Program-made: the position numbers and the translations under genes
Notes under the pieces: model-generated
Databases searched by the model: none
What the model was told of the DNA's origin: nothing
Seen by the model: the letters and a program-made list of their open reading frames with translations, nothing else
Shown here: piece after piece, positions 40,527 through 49,253 of the stretch
How positions within the stretch are numbered: position 1 is the first letter of the stretch
Layout of the letters: the number at the start of each line of letters is the position of its first letter
From: Bacteroidales bacterium
GTDB lineage: Bacteria; Bacteroidota; Bacteroidia; Bacteroidales; FEN-979
Reading direction: 5' to 3'
DNA length: 64,000 nt
NCBI GenBank assembly: GCA_014860625.1
Contig: JACZJJ010000022.1
Span: forward strand, 11,887-75,886

Positions 40527-41344
40527 TGAAGAAATCAATACGATATATCGCCCTGATACTACTGCTCACTGGTTGCGTAAAGCAGGCAGACTGGCCTGTT
40601 CCCGATCAATCACCGGAATTTATTGTTGTGGATGCCACCCTTACGGATGAGCAAAAGGTTCATACCGTCTCAATCAATCTCCCGGTTACAGATCTTAATG
40701 CAATCCCGGAAGCCGTGACCGGAGCAACTGTACTGATAGCCACCGCTGATTCGTTGTGGTTTCTGAACGAAGATTCCCTCCGTCCCGGGAACTACCTGAC
40801 CGACTCTTCTTTCGTTGCCACCCTTAATACAGGATATTCGCTGCAGATCCTCTGGCACGAAAAAAACTATTCGGCACAAACTTCTATGGTACCGGGTAGA
40901 GTTTTCAATCCATTGATCTATAAAAAGAATGAAGGAGATGATGCCTATCATATCGATTGGGTAGCTTCCGCATTTAGCGTGAACGACCCGGCCATGTGGG
41001 AGGTGTTTGTTGACTGGTCGGCTCTTCCCGGCTATGACACGCTGGATCCCTGCTCCTGTCAGGCCAGGTTGCTTTTTTATACCCTCCCTACCATTGATGT
41101 TAGCCAGATATTTGCTCCCATTGTTGAACAAATCTCTTTCCCTGCCGGCAGCCTCATTACCGAACGTCGCTTTTCCGTCACGCCGGATCATGCGGAGTTT
41201 CTCAGGCAACTTCTGCTGGAGACCAACTGGCAGGGAAGCATGTTCCCTTCGGCAAATGCCAATGTAATCACAAACCTGAGTTCAGGAGCTATTGGTTACT
41301 TCAGCGTGTGCGCTGTAACGGAGCTGTCGCTGGTGGTGGAGTAG
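40526..41344 (+). CDS. DUF4249-like lipoprotein
   Basis: Lipobox LTGC, IVVDATLTD, TNLSSGAIGYF; coupled to the TonB-dependent receptor. Confidence 0.7.
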   Translation: MKKSIRYIALILLLTGCVKQADWPVPDQSPEFIVVDATLTDEQKVHTVSINLPVTDLNAIPEAVTGATVLIATADSLWFLNEDSLRPGNYLTDSSFVATLNTGYSLQILWHEKNYSAQTSMVPGRVFNPLIYKKNEGDDAYHIDWVASAFSVNDPAMWEVFVDWSALPGYDTLDPCSCQARLLFYTLPTIDVSQIFAPIVEQISFPAGSLITERRFSVTPDHAEFLRQLLLETNWQGSMFPSANANVITNLSSGAIGYFSVCAVTELSLVVE

Positions 41345-41417
41345 GGCACAGGGCACAGGGCACAGGGCACAGGGCGCAGGGCACAGGGCACGTATCCGGC
41401 ATCTGGCATCCGGCATC
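41343..41417 (+). repeat. Heptamer arrays (AGGGCAC)x7 then (ATCCGGC-type)x3
   Basis: Same two-part order as the FecR insert; 41392-41412 identical to 37022-37042. Confidence 0.93.
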
Positions 41418-41434
41418 AAAAAAGATAATTCCGG

Positions 41435-41468
41435 CATCAGGGTAACCCGTAGGTCAGGTGTATAATGA
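41435..41468 (+). promoter_or_regulatory. Putative ECF promoter, copy 2
   Basis: CATCAGGGTA-N13-GTGTATAATGA. Confidence 0.7.
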
Positions 41469-41492
41469 GCAGAAACCCAAAACTCCAACACT

Positions 41493-42449
41493 ATGAAAAC
41501 AACCCACATCTTCAAATTCAGCATGCTCCTGATTGCTGCATTTGCCATGACTTTCGCCGGATGCAAGAAAGATCCTGTCGATCCTATTCCTGATGAAAAC
41601 GGTTCAACATCCGTCCAGCAAATCTCTATGGACGACAATCATCTCCAGAAGATCAGTGACGACATCAACCTTGATGTAGAGGTTATGATGAGCGGCGGCA
41701 CACTGAAATCTACCGACTGGCTGCCTTGTAACGCTACGATTGATTCGACCAATGTGGTAAATGATACAATCACTTATTACATTACCTACCACGGCCTCAA
41801 TTGTCCCCAAACCCTTTACCGGACGGGAAAAGTGGAGGTGAGGAAGCAAGTTGGTACACAATGGTTTATGCCTAACGCAACCGTGAATATCAAAATCATC
41901 AACCTTCAGGTTACTCGTGTTGCTAATCAGAAAACCATTGTTATCAATGGCGTGAAGACGCATAAAAATGTGACCGGTGGACTGTTGATACAGCTGGGCT
42001 TTGGCATCAATACCATTGTCCACAAAACCCATGGCTTTATGACAGTCAACTTTGATGACGGGAGCAACCGAACCTGGAACGTTGCCAGGCGTTGTGTGTA
42101 CAACGGCACATTCAATATTAATACCGGAACCTTCGATCAGCTGACAATTGGTGTGGCTGGATTCGGTCAGGTTGGAGCTTATACTGACCTGGTGACCTGG
42201 GGAGTGGCCCGCAACGGGGATCAGTTTTATATCAGCGTACCTGAACCCGTTCACTATGTTATGGCCTGCAACTTCAACCCGGTTAACGGAATCCAGACCA
42301 TTGAAATTCCCAGTAAGAACAAAGGAGCTACGATTACTTACGGATTTGACAGCAACAACCAGCCTGTCGTTCCGCCTGCATGCCCAACGAAATACAAAGT
42401 TGATTGGTACCACAATCAGAACAGTGGGACGATCTACCTTTGGTTGTAA
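41493..42449 (+). CDS. Beta-rich surface lipoprotein, function unknown
   Basis: Lipobox FAGC followed by KKD export-like signal; 318 aa. Confidence 0.75.
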   Translation: MKTTHIFKFSMLLIAAFAMTFAGCKKDPVDPIPDENGSTSVQQISMDDNHLQKISDDINLDVEVMMSGGTLKSTDWLPCNATIDSTNVVNDTITYYITYHGLNCPQTLYRTGKVEVRKQVGTQWFMPNATVNIKIINLQVTRVANQKTIVINGVKTHKNVTGGLLIQLGFGINTIVHKTHGFMTVNFDDGSNRTWNVARRCVYNGTFNINTGTFDQLTIGVAGFGQVGAYTDLVTWGVARNGDQFYISVPEPVHYVMACNFNPVNGIQTIEIPSKNKGATITYGFDSNNQPVVPPACPTKYKVDWYHNQNSGTIYLWL

Positions 42450-42465
42450 TTGGCAGGGAATTCAG

Positions 42466-42494
42466 GTAGGGACAACCAGCCTCGTTGCCCCTGC
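42466..42494. repeat. Degenerate GTAG-type REP-like hairpin
   Basis: GTAGGGACAAC...GTTGCCCCTGC. Confidence 0.45.
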
Positions 42495-42503
42495 TTCTGC
42501 CAC

Positions 42504-42538
42504 ATCCCTCTTGTGCAAAAGCACGAGAGGGATTTTTT
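42504..42538 (+). terminator. Intrinsic terminator between convergent genes
   Basis: ATCCCTCTTGTGC-AAAA-GCACGAGAGGGAT followed by a T run. Confidence 0.75.
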
Positions 42539-43631
42539 ACAACCATTTCTTCCTTTTGAAGTAAATGAGCATCCCAGCGCCCAGAGTTAACACAACACCC
42601 CACCAAGCGAAATATCCATATTTAATTGAAAGCTCAGGGATTACATGAAAGTTCATTCCATATACGCCGGCCAGGAAGGTTAGCGGGATGAAGATGGCAG
42701 CGAAGATGGTGAGCACTTTCATCACTTCGTTCATCTTGTTGCTGATGGTGGAAAGGTAAAGATCCTGCATCCCGGAAGCCATGTCCCTGAATGTCTCTAC
42801 TGTTTCAATTACCTGAATGGTATGGTCGTAAGCATCCCGGAGGAAAAACCCAACCTGCTTGGTGATCAGTTTATGCTCGGCATGCTGCATAGAGCTGATC
42901 ACCTCCCGCATCGGCCAGATCGATTTCCGCAGGAAAATCAGATCTTGCTTCAGGTGATAAATATCGTTGAGCATAGCCTGGTCGGCCTGTTTCAGCAATG
43001 TCTCTTCCAAATCTTCAATCCGGTCGCCAAGCTGTTCCAGAACAGTAAAATAGAAGTCTACGATCGAATCCAGGATGGCGTAGAGCAAATAGTCACTGCC
43101 CATCTTCCGGATACGCCCTTTACCGGTTCGGATCCGTTGCCGCAATCCATTGAGCACATCCTCCTCCTTTTCCTGGAATGAGAGGATGTAATTCTGTCCG
43201 ATGATCAGACTTAGCTGTTCAATGATGATATTCCCGGATTTTGTATCAATATAGGTCATCTTCACCACTGCAAACAGGTACCCGTCATATTCCTCAAGCT
43301 TGGGCCTCTGGGTGGTATTGGCAATATCTTCCAGCACCAGGCTGTGTATCCCGTATGCATCTCCAATCGACTCAATCACAGAAGTATCGTGGACGCCGGT
43401 GACATTGACCCAGGTTACCATCGGACTGTTTTTTAGCGGGAGAATCTCTCCTATCGCTTTGATCTCCTTCTCTTGAAAGTGATCCTCGTGGTATTCCATG
43501 ACCTGGATCCTGACCGGGGCTTCACGTTTTCTTCCAACATAGTTGACTGTCCCGGGAGAAGCTGCATGTGTAGCTATTCGGGGCATAAGCTTCGATATGC
43601 GAAACCTTTTAAGCAATGATTCTGTTGTCAT
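42537..43631 (-). CDS. corA: Magnesium/cobalt transporter CorA
   Basis: QRPKLE, MNEVMKVLT, YGMNF. Confidence 0.93.
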   Translation of the reverse strand: MTTESLLKRFRISKLMPRIATHAASPGTVNYVGRKREAPVRIQVMEYHEDHFQEKEIKAIGEILPLKNSPMVTWVNVTGVHDTSVIESIGDAYGIHSLVLEDIANTTQRPKLEEYDGYLFAVVKMTYIDTKSGNIIIEQLSLIIGQNYILSFQEKEEDVLNGLRQRIRTGKGRIRKMGSDYLLYAILDSIVDFYFTVLEQLGDRIEDLEETLLKQADQAMLNDIYHLKQDLIFLRKSIWPMREVISSMQHAEHKLITKQVGFFLRDAYDHTIQVIETVETFRDMASGMQDLYLSTISNKMNEVMKVLTIFAAIFIPLTFLAGVYGMNFHVIPELSIKYGYFAWWGVVLTLGAGMLIYFKRKKWL

Positions 43632-43758
43632 AAAACACCTGTTTATTCTGTTGGCATTACACCAACTAAGATACACAAAATGGGATTCAGATCATTTTTT
43701 TTACCAATCATCCGATAATCATGCCTGTACCAGGGCGACAGCAGGCAAAGCCAGTTAT

Positions 43759-44118
43759 CTAATAAGCTTGTGGCCTGTGATAGAATTTCAGGAGTACCTG
43801 ATCGGAGAAGAAGGTAAACAGGATGAGGAATCCGACGCCTGTGACGAGTTTCCAGTTATCGACCACCATCAGGAGGAAAGGGTTGGTTGATTCCCGCATC
43901 GGAAAGTAGAGACACAGTGCCAGGATGATCAACGCTCCAACAACGATTCCGGTCTTCACAGCAAATTCACGGATCAGTTCTCTCCAGGTAAGCCGTTTTT
44001 CAACCCGCCTCAACAGCGTATCCGTAAAGGTAAGGGAAAGTTCCCGTTCGGGTTTCTCCTTCAGGGCTTCCGTGATGAGGGCTTCCAGTTCGGCGAATCG
44101 TTCGTTCTCGGCGTTCAT
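43759..44118 (-). CDS. Putative membrane anti-sigma factor
   Basis: Directly downstream of ECF gene; FTDTLLRRV followed by two TM segments. Confidence 0.6.
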   Translation of the reverse strand: MNAENERFAELEALITEALKEKPERELSLTFTDTLLRRVEKRLTWRELIREFAVKTGIVVGALIILALCLYFPMRESTNPFLLMVVDNWKLVTGVGFLILFTFFSDQVLLKFYHRPQAY

Positions 44119-44152
44119 GATGGCAAAATTAGTTTTTTTATTTTGTTGCAGA

Positions 44153-44716
44153 TCATTCGGGACGCATATCAGGAACCATCTGAAGAATCCCTTCACGGAT
44201 CGCTTGCCGGCCACGGTTCAGATAGCTTTTAATCGTTCCATCGGGCATCCCCGTTATCTCTTCAATTTCTTTGTATGAAAGTTCCTCCAGGTAGAAGAGT
44301 GTAATCACCGTACGGTACTGGACAGGCAATGAGTCAATTACACGGTGAATAATCTTTTTCATACTGCTCTTGTCAAGGGCCTCATCTGCTGTTTCATCCG
44401 ATAACTTCCCGGAAGTCACCGGAAGGTAATCGTCGACAGGGACCATGATATTCTTTCCTTTTTTTCTCAAATAAGTAACGCTCATGTTATAGGCGATCGC
44501 TCCGATCCAGGTCGACAATTTTGCCTCTCCCCTGAACTTTCCAATATCCCGGAATACCCGGAGAAAAATCTCCTGGCACAGGTCTTCGGCATCTTCCGTT
44601 TGATCTACCATTCGCAACACCAGGTGCCACACCAGGTTTTTGTATTTTTCAATCAGAAACCTGTTTGCGTGCTCGTTCCCAGCCTGGACCTGCGCGATCA
44701 GCGTTGCATCATCCAT
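44153..44716 (-). CDS. ECF RNA polymerase sigma factor (SigW/RpoE-like)
   Basis: DAEDLCQEIF, KLSTWI, LSYKEI, GTIKSYLNRGR. Confidence 0.92.
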   Translation of the reverse strand: MDDATLIAQVQAGNEHANRFLIEKYKNLVWHLVLRMVDQTEDAEDLCQEIFLRVFRDIGKFRGEAKLSTWIGAIAYNMSVTYLRKKGKNIMVPVDDYLPVTSGKLSDETADEALDKSSMKKIIHRVIDSLPVQYRTVITLFYLEELSYKEIEEITGMPDGTIKSYLNRGRQAIREGILQMVPDMRPE

Positions 44717-44726
44717 TTTGCTATTG

Positions 44727-44752
44727 GTCGGTAATCTGGTAAAAAGGTTGCA
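44727..44752 (-). promoter_or_regulatory. Putative autoregulatory ECF promoter
   Basis: TGCAACC-N15-CGAC. Confidence 0.6.
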
Positions 44753-44760
44753 GTAAAAAT

Positions 44761-44860
44761 CGAAATTAGGAAATTAGGAAATTATTACAACAAATAGCGA
44801 GAAGCGAAAAGCGAAACATGTCATTGCGAGGAACGGAGTGACGCGGCAAAGCGAAAAGCA
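44761..44860 (+). repeat. Octamers (GGAAATTA) and heptamers (AnnAGCG) with nested GTCATTGCGAG-type element
   Basis: AATAGCG AGAAGCG AAAAGCG AAA[CATGTCATTGCGAGGAACGGAGTGACGCGGC]AAAGCG AAAAGCA. Confidence 0.8.
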
Positions 44861-44876
44861 AAAAAAATGAATTTCT

Positions 44877-44902
44877 TGCAACCTTTAAGTATGAACTGCG
44901 AC
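44877..44902 (+). promoter_or_regulatory. Putative ECF promoter for the divergent membrane protein gene
   Basis: TGCAACC-N15-CGAC, same spacing as the divergent copy. Confidence 0.6.
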
Positions 44903-44939
44903 ATATTGTCCAAATGTTAATCACTAAAATTACGAAAAA

Positions 44940-45314
44940 ATGGAAACCCTTGGAACCATCATCATTGTCGGCACTGTTTTTTATGGTGTTTATGCCCTGA
45001 TCAAAGTATATACCGACTATCTCTTAAAACGCAAGATCGTAAAATCGGGACACCTGGAAAAGGCTGGAATCCTTGATCCGCCGGTTCAGCCATCCGGTGA
45101 GGCAACACGCTACCCAAACCTGAAATGGGGCCTGATCGCCCTGATGGCAGGATTGGGATTGATCCTGATCGAGATCTTCAACCGCACCGGCACGATCACC
45201 TGGCAGGATGGCCGCGACGGATTCCTTCCAATAGGAATTGAACTGGTTGCCATCGCGATCGGGTTCCTGGTCTATTTCTTTATCGTGAACGCGAAAGGGA
45301 TGAAGAACCGGTAG
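44940..45314 (+). CDS. DUF6249-like membrane protein
   Basis: NLKWGLIALMAGLGL; three TM segments; divergent from the ECF gene. Confidence 0.6.
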   Translation: METLGTIIIVGTVFYGVYALIKVYTDYLLKRKIVKSGHLEKAGILDPPVQPSGEATRYPNLKWGLIALMAGLGLILIEIFNRTGTITWQDGRDGFLPIGIELVAIAIGFLVYFFIVNAKGMKNR

Positions 45315-45315
45315 A

Positions 45316-45386
45316 ACGAAATACGAAATACGAAAAACGAAATATGGTTTGTTATTGTAAGGTCGATCTGTAAGGTCGGCCCTACA
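45316..45386. repeat. Heptamer array (ACGAAAT)x4 plus degenerate GTAG REP-like hairpin
   Basis: ACGAAAT x2, ACGAAAA, ACGAAAT; minus strand GTAGGGCCGACCT-TAC-AGATCGACCTTAC. Confidence 0.7.
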
Positions 45387-45421
45387 TATTTAAGGGAGTC
45401 CCAAAGATTATTGTCGGGAAG

Positions 45422-46258
45422 TTAACGCAGTGTGAATTTAATTGGGAGATTATAGGATATCCTCACAGGCGTTCCATTTTGATATCCTGGTTTCCATTTT
45501 CCGTCAGACATTCGTACTACCCTCAATGCTTCTTCATTGAGAGATTCAAACTCCCCGTACATTAGCCGGATCCGTTTTAAAGAACCATCCTCCATGATGA
45601 TGAAGTTGACAAACACTCTTCCCTGGTATCCATTTTCCGCTGCCTCTTTGGGATAGCGGATCTCATTGCCAAGAAACCGGTACAGGCCCGCGTCGCCACC
45701 CTCAAATTCTGGACTGACATCCGCCAATGTGTATACATCAGTGATAAAGGTATCAGTCTCCTCATCCCAGTAACGGACCTCAGTAAGTTGGTTGTTATCG
45801 TAGGTTTCGTCGCGGTCAAGTCCGGCGGTTTCTGGCATGTAGTAAATCCAGAGGCCCTCTTTGACAAGCGGGGCAACCAGGTGACTGAACCCTCTTGAAC
45901 GGAGAATCCCTTCCCGGAACTCAAAGATCATGAAACCGGTGTCGACAGCATGCACCTGCCAGAAACAGGTGTCTCTTCTGCCCCGGGACGTGGTTTCATC
46001 TACCATGAAAGTTGAGTCATTCACCGGAAAGATCTCCGATTTTCCGGTTTCCACCCACTTCTTATCCCTCAAATAGTAAGATGTCAATGTAAGGACGGAG
46101 TCTGTGGACAAGGCAAGAACCTGGTAGTGTTCCGCTTCCTTTTTTGATGGTACCGGGACTCCCGTCTTGGAGAAAAAGAGGATGGTATCGCGTGGTATGA
46201 TTTCTTGAGTGAACGCAACGATTGGCAGCAGTGCCAGGATCAGGATGAATTGCTTCAT
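45422..46258 (-). CDS. TonB C-terminal domain protein
   Basis: PEFEGG, IRYPKEA, QGRVFVNF, WKPGYQNG. Confidence 0.85.
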   Translation of the reverse strand: MKQFILILALLPIVAFTQEIIPRDTILFFSKTGVPVPSKKEAEHYQVLALSTDSVLTLTSYYLRDKKWVETGKSEIFPVNDSTFMVDETTSRGRRDTCFWQVHAVDTGFMIFEFREGILRSRGFSHLVAPLVKEGLWIYYMPETAGLDRDETYDNNQLTEVRYWDEETDTFITDVYTLADVSPEFEGGDAGLYRFLGNEIRYPKEAAENGYQGRVFVNFIIMEDGSLKRIRLMYGEFESLNEEALRVVRMSDGKWKPGYQNGTPVRISYNLPIKFTLR

Positions 46259-46401
46259 GACAAAAAGAATTAGATTGCAGGTGTAAAGTTCTGCGAAAAT
46301 TCGTTAAAAAAGGCGTTTCGGGGATATAATTAGAAAAAATTCATAGCTTTATGCTCCTTTTACCAAGAAACCAATCCAGTATATCCATTAACTAAACTAT
46401 C

Positions 46402-49203
46402 ATGATGAAGAGAAACCTGATCCTTTTCCTTGCAATTGGACTGATTACATTGCTCGGATGCAAATCGCAAAAAGACGATCTGAACATCGTCTATGAAAAG
46501 TACACACTGCCCAACGGACTCGATGTGATCCTTCACGTCGACCGTTCCGACCCCATCGTTGCCCTGGCCATCCAGTTTCACGTTGGATCCAACCGTGAAG
46601 TAGAAGGACGGACCGGCTTTGCCCATCTGTTTGAGCATATGATGTTCCAGAAATCTGAAAACGTTGGTGAAGACCAGTTCTTCAAAATCATCCAGGATGC
46701 CGGTGGTACACTGAACGGCGGAACCGGTAACGATGCTACAACCTACTATGAAGTGGTTCCGAAAAATGCACTTGAGAAAATCCTCTGGCTGGAGTCAGAC
46801 AGGATGGGATACATGATCAACACCGTCACGCAAAATGCCTTCAGCATCCAGCAAAATGTGGTGCAGAATGAGAAGAGGCAGGGTGTCGACAACCAACCTT
46901 ACGGATTCACATCCTGGGTCATCGCGACGAATCTTTATCCCAAAGGGCATCCATACAGCTGGACAGTCATTGGTGAAATGGAAGACCTGAAAAACGCTTC
47001 TGTGGAAGATGTGAAAGCGTTTCACCACCAGTGGTATGTACCAAACAATGCGACCCTTGTGCTGGCCGGAGATTTTGATGTGGATGAGGCCAAAAAGCTG
47101 ATCGAGAAGTATTTCGGTGAGATCCCCAGAGGAGGTGAGATCACCGATCCCGAACCGATGCCGGTAACTCTGGATAAAACCATCAAGGTTTATCATGAAG
47201 ATAATTTTGCCAAAGCTCCGCAGTTCCGGATGATCTGGCCGACCGTTGAAGATTACAATGCAGACGCCTATGCCCTGAGCTACCTTGGGGAACTGCTCTC
47301 TCAGGGGAAAAAAGCACCCCTGTATAAAGTATTGGAGAAAGAGAAAATGCTCTCTTCAAGTCAGTATGCATACAATAGTGCCCAGGAGATTGCCGGATCC
47401 TTCAATATTGTGGTTACTGCCAACGACGGCGTGAGCCTGAAAGAGGTTGAACAGGGAGTATGGGATGCCTTTGCCATGTTTGAAGAAGAGGGATTTACCG
47501 AAGCCGATGTTGAGCGAATCAAAGCCGGCCTGGAAACAGGTTTTTACAACGGGATCAGCAGTATCCTGGGAAAATCTTTCCAGCTTGCTTACTACAATGA
47601 ACAGAAGAATGATCCCTCATACTACAAAGTGGATTTGGAACGTACCAAGGCTGTCACCAAAGATGATATCCTCAGGGTGTACAACAAATACATCAAAGAC
47701 AAACCTTTCCTGGCAACCAGCTTTGTCCCAAAAGGCCAGCTTGAACTTGTAGCTGAGGAGTCGGTGAAGTCAGGTGTGGTAGAAGAGAGCATTGCCGAAG
47801 CTACCCAGGTTGAGATTGCCAATACGGAAGAAGAGGAGGTTGTGAAAACAACTACCATTCTGGATCGTTCGGTGATGCCTGCCGATGGACCGGATCCGCT
47901 GCTCAACCTGCCTGCAGTTTGGAATGGCTCTCTGGCAAATGAGATCAAGGTTTATGGTATCGAACAGCATGAGCTTCCTTTGATACAATTCAGCGTTACG
48001 TTAAAAGGGGGCCATTACCTTGACCAGCTCGACAAAGCCGGAGTAGCTTATCTGGTTTCAGAGCTGATGATGGAAGGGACGAAAAACAAAACACCGCAGG
48101 AACTGGAAGAGGCGATTGAAATGCTCGGAGCGAACATTTCTATGAGGACTTCAAATAATTCAATTTCAATCAGTGCCAATGCACTTGTGCGGAATTACGA
48201 CTCGGTGTTGGCTCTGGTTCAGGAGATCCTGCTGGAACCCCGTTGGGATGAGGAGGAGTTTGCCATGGCAAAGACCAGGCTGTTGAACTCCCTGAAACGC
48301 CAGAAAGCCAGTCCGAATGCGCTGGTCAGCGAAGGTTTTAATAAACTTATTTACGGGAAAGATCATATTTTTTCTGTTAGCAGCCAGGGAACGCTGGAAA
48401 CCATCGAAACAATCACGATCGACGATCTGAAAGCGTATTATGATGCAAACTTCTCTCCGTCTGTAACTTCCTTCCTGATTGCCGGCGACATTGCAAAGGA
48501 GAGGGTGATGAAATCTCTTGAGGATCTTTCTGCACAGTGGCTGACAAAAGAGGTCTCGTTTCCAACTTATACGTTACCTGAGGAGCTACCTGCATCGAAG
48601 ATCTATTTTGTAGATGTTCCGGGAGCGAAACAATCGGTGATTAACATTGGTTACCTGGCAATGGCACGCACGAACCCCGATTTCTATCCTGCAACGGTCA
48701 TGAACTACAAATTGGGAGGATCTTTTGCCGGAAATGTCAACATGGTGTTGAGGGAGGAGAAGGGGTATACCTATGGTGCCCGTACCGGCTTCCGTGGCGA
48801 TGAGATTCCTGGTCCGTTTTCAGCATCTGCCAGTGTAAGGTCATCGGCTACTGAAGAGTCGGTCAAGATTTTCAAAGAATTGATGGAGCAATACCGAAAC
48901 GGCATCACCGAGGAGGAGTTGTTGTTTACGAAGAATGCACTGATCAAGAGCAATGCAAGGGAGTTTGAGACCCTGCGCGCCCTGATCAGCATGCTCAGCA
49001 ACATTGCCGAATACAATCTTCCATTCGATTACGTGAAGAACGAAGAGGCTACTGTAAAAGGGATGACCCTCGAGCAGCACAAAGCGCTAGCCGATAAATA
49101 CATTGTTCCCGGAAGGATGTACTACGTTATTGGAGGCGATGCCAAAACACAACTGAAACCACTGGAGAAGATTGGGTTTGGGAAGGTAGAGCTGGTGAAG
49201 TAG
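46402..49203 (+). CDS. M16 (pitrilysin-like) zinc protease, lipoprotein
   Basis: Lipobox LLGC, GFAHLFEHMMF (HxxEH), LREEKGYTYG. Confidence 0.92.
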   Translation: MMKRNLILFLAIGLITLLGCKSQKDDLNIVYEKYTLPNGLDVILHVDRSDPIVALAIQFHVGSNREVEGRTGFAHLFEHMMFQKSENVGEDQFFKIIQDAGGTLNGGTGNDATTYYEVVPKNALEKILWLESDRMGYMINTVTQNAFSIQQNVVQNEKRQGVDNQPYGFTSWVIATNLYPKGHPYSWTVIGEMEDLKNASVEDVKAFHHQWYVPNNATLVLAGDFDVDEAKKLIEKYFGEIPRGGEITDPEPMPVTLDKTIKVYHEDNFAKAPQFRMIWPTVEDYNADAYALSYLGELLSQGKKAPLYKVLEKEKMLSSSQYAYNSAQEIAGSFNIVVTANDGVSLKEVEQGVWDAFAMFEEEGFTEADVERIKAGLETGFYNGISSILGKSFQLAYYNEQKNDPSYYKVDLERTKAVTKDDILRVYNKYIKDKPFLATSFVPKGQLELVAEESVKSGVVEESIAEATQVEIANTEEEEVVKTTTILDRSVMPADGPDPLLNLPAVWNGSLANEIKVYGIEQHELPLIQFSVTLKGGHYLDQLDKAGVAYLVSELMMEGTKNKTPQELEEAIEMLGANISMRTSNNSISISANALVRNYDSVLALVQEILLEPRWDEEEFAMAKTRLLNSLKRQKASPNALVSEGFNKLIYGKDHIFSVSSQGTLETIETITIDDLKAYYDANFSPSVTSFLIAGDIAKERVMKSLEDLSAQWLTKEVSFPTYTLPEELPASKIYFVDVPGAKQSVINIGYLAMARTNPDFYPATVMNYKLGGSFAGNVNMVLREEKGYTYGARTGFRGDEIPGPFSASASVRSSATEESVKIFKELMEQYRNGITEEELLFTKNALIKSNAREFETLRALISMLSNIAEYNLPFDYVKNEEATVKGMTLEQHKALADKYIVPGRMYYVIGGDAKTQLKPLEKIGFGKVELVK

Positions 49204-49208
49204 TGGAG

Positions 49209-49245
49209 AGGATGGTTCGACCCGTGATTGGGGTCGAACCATCCT
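49209..49245. terminator. 15-bp perfect stem between convergent genes (terminator or REP-like)
   Basis: AGGATGGTTCGACCC-N7-GGGTCGAACCATCCT. Confidence 0.6.
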
Positions 49246-49253
49246 GTTATTTG

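Noticed and set aside
36860-41417. CRISPR array
   Set aside because: Units are 7 bp and contiguous, with no unique spacers and no cas genes.
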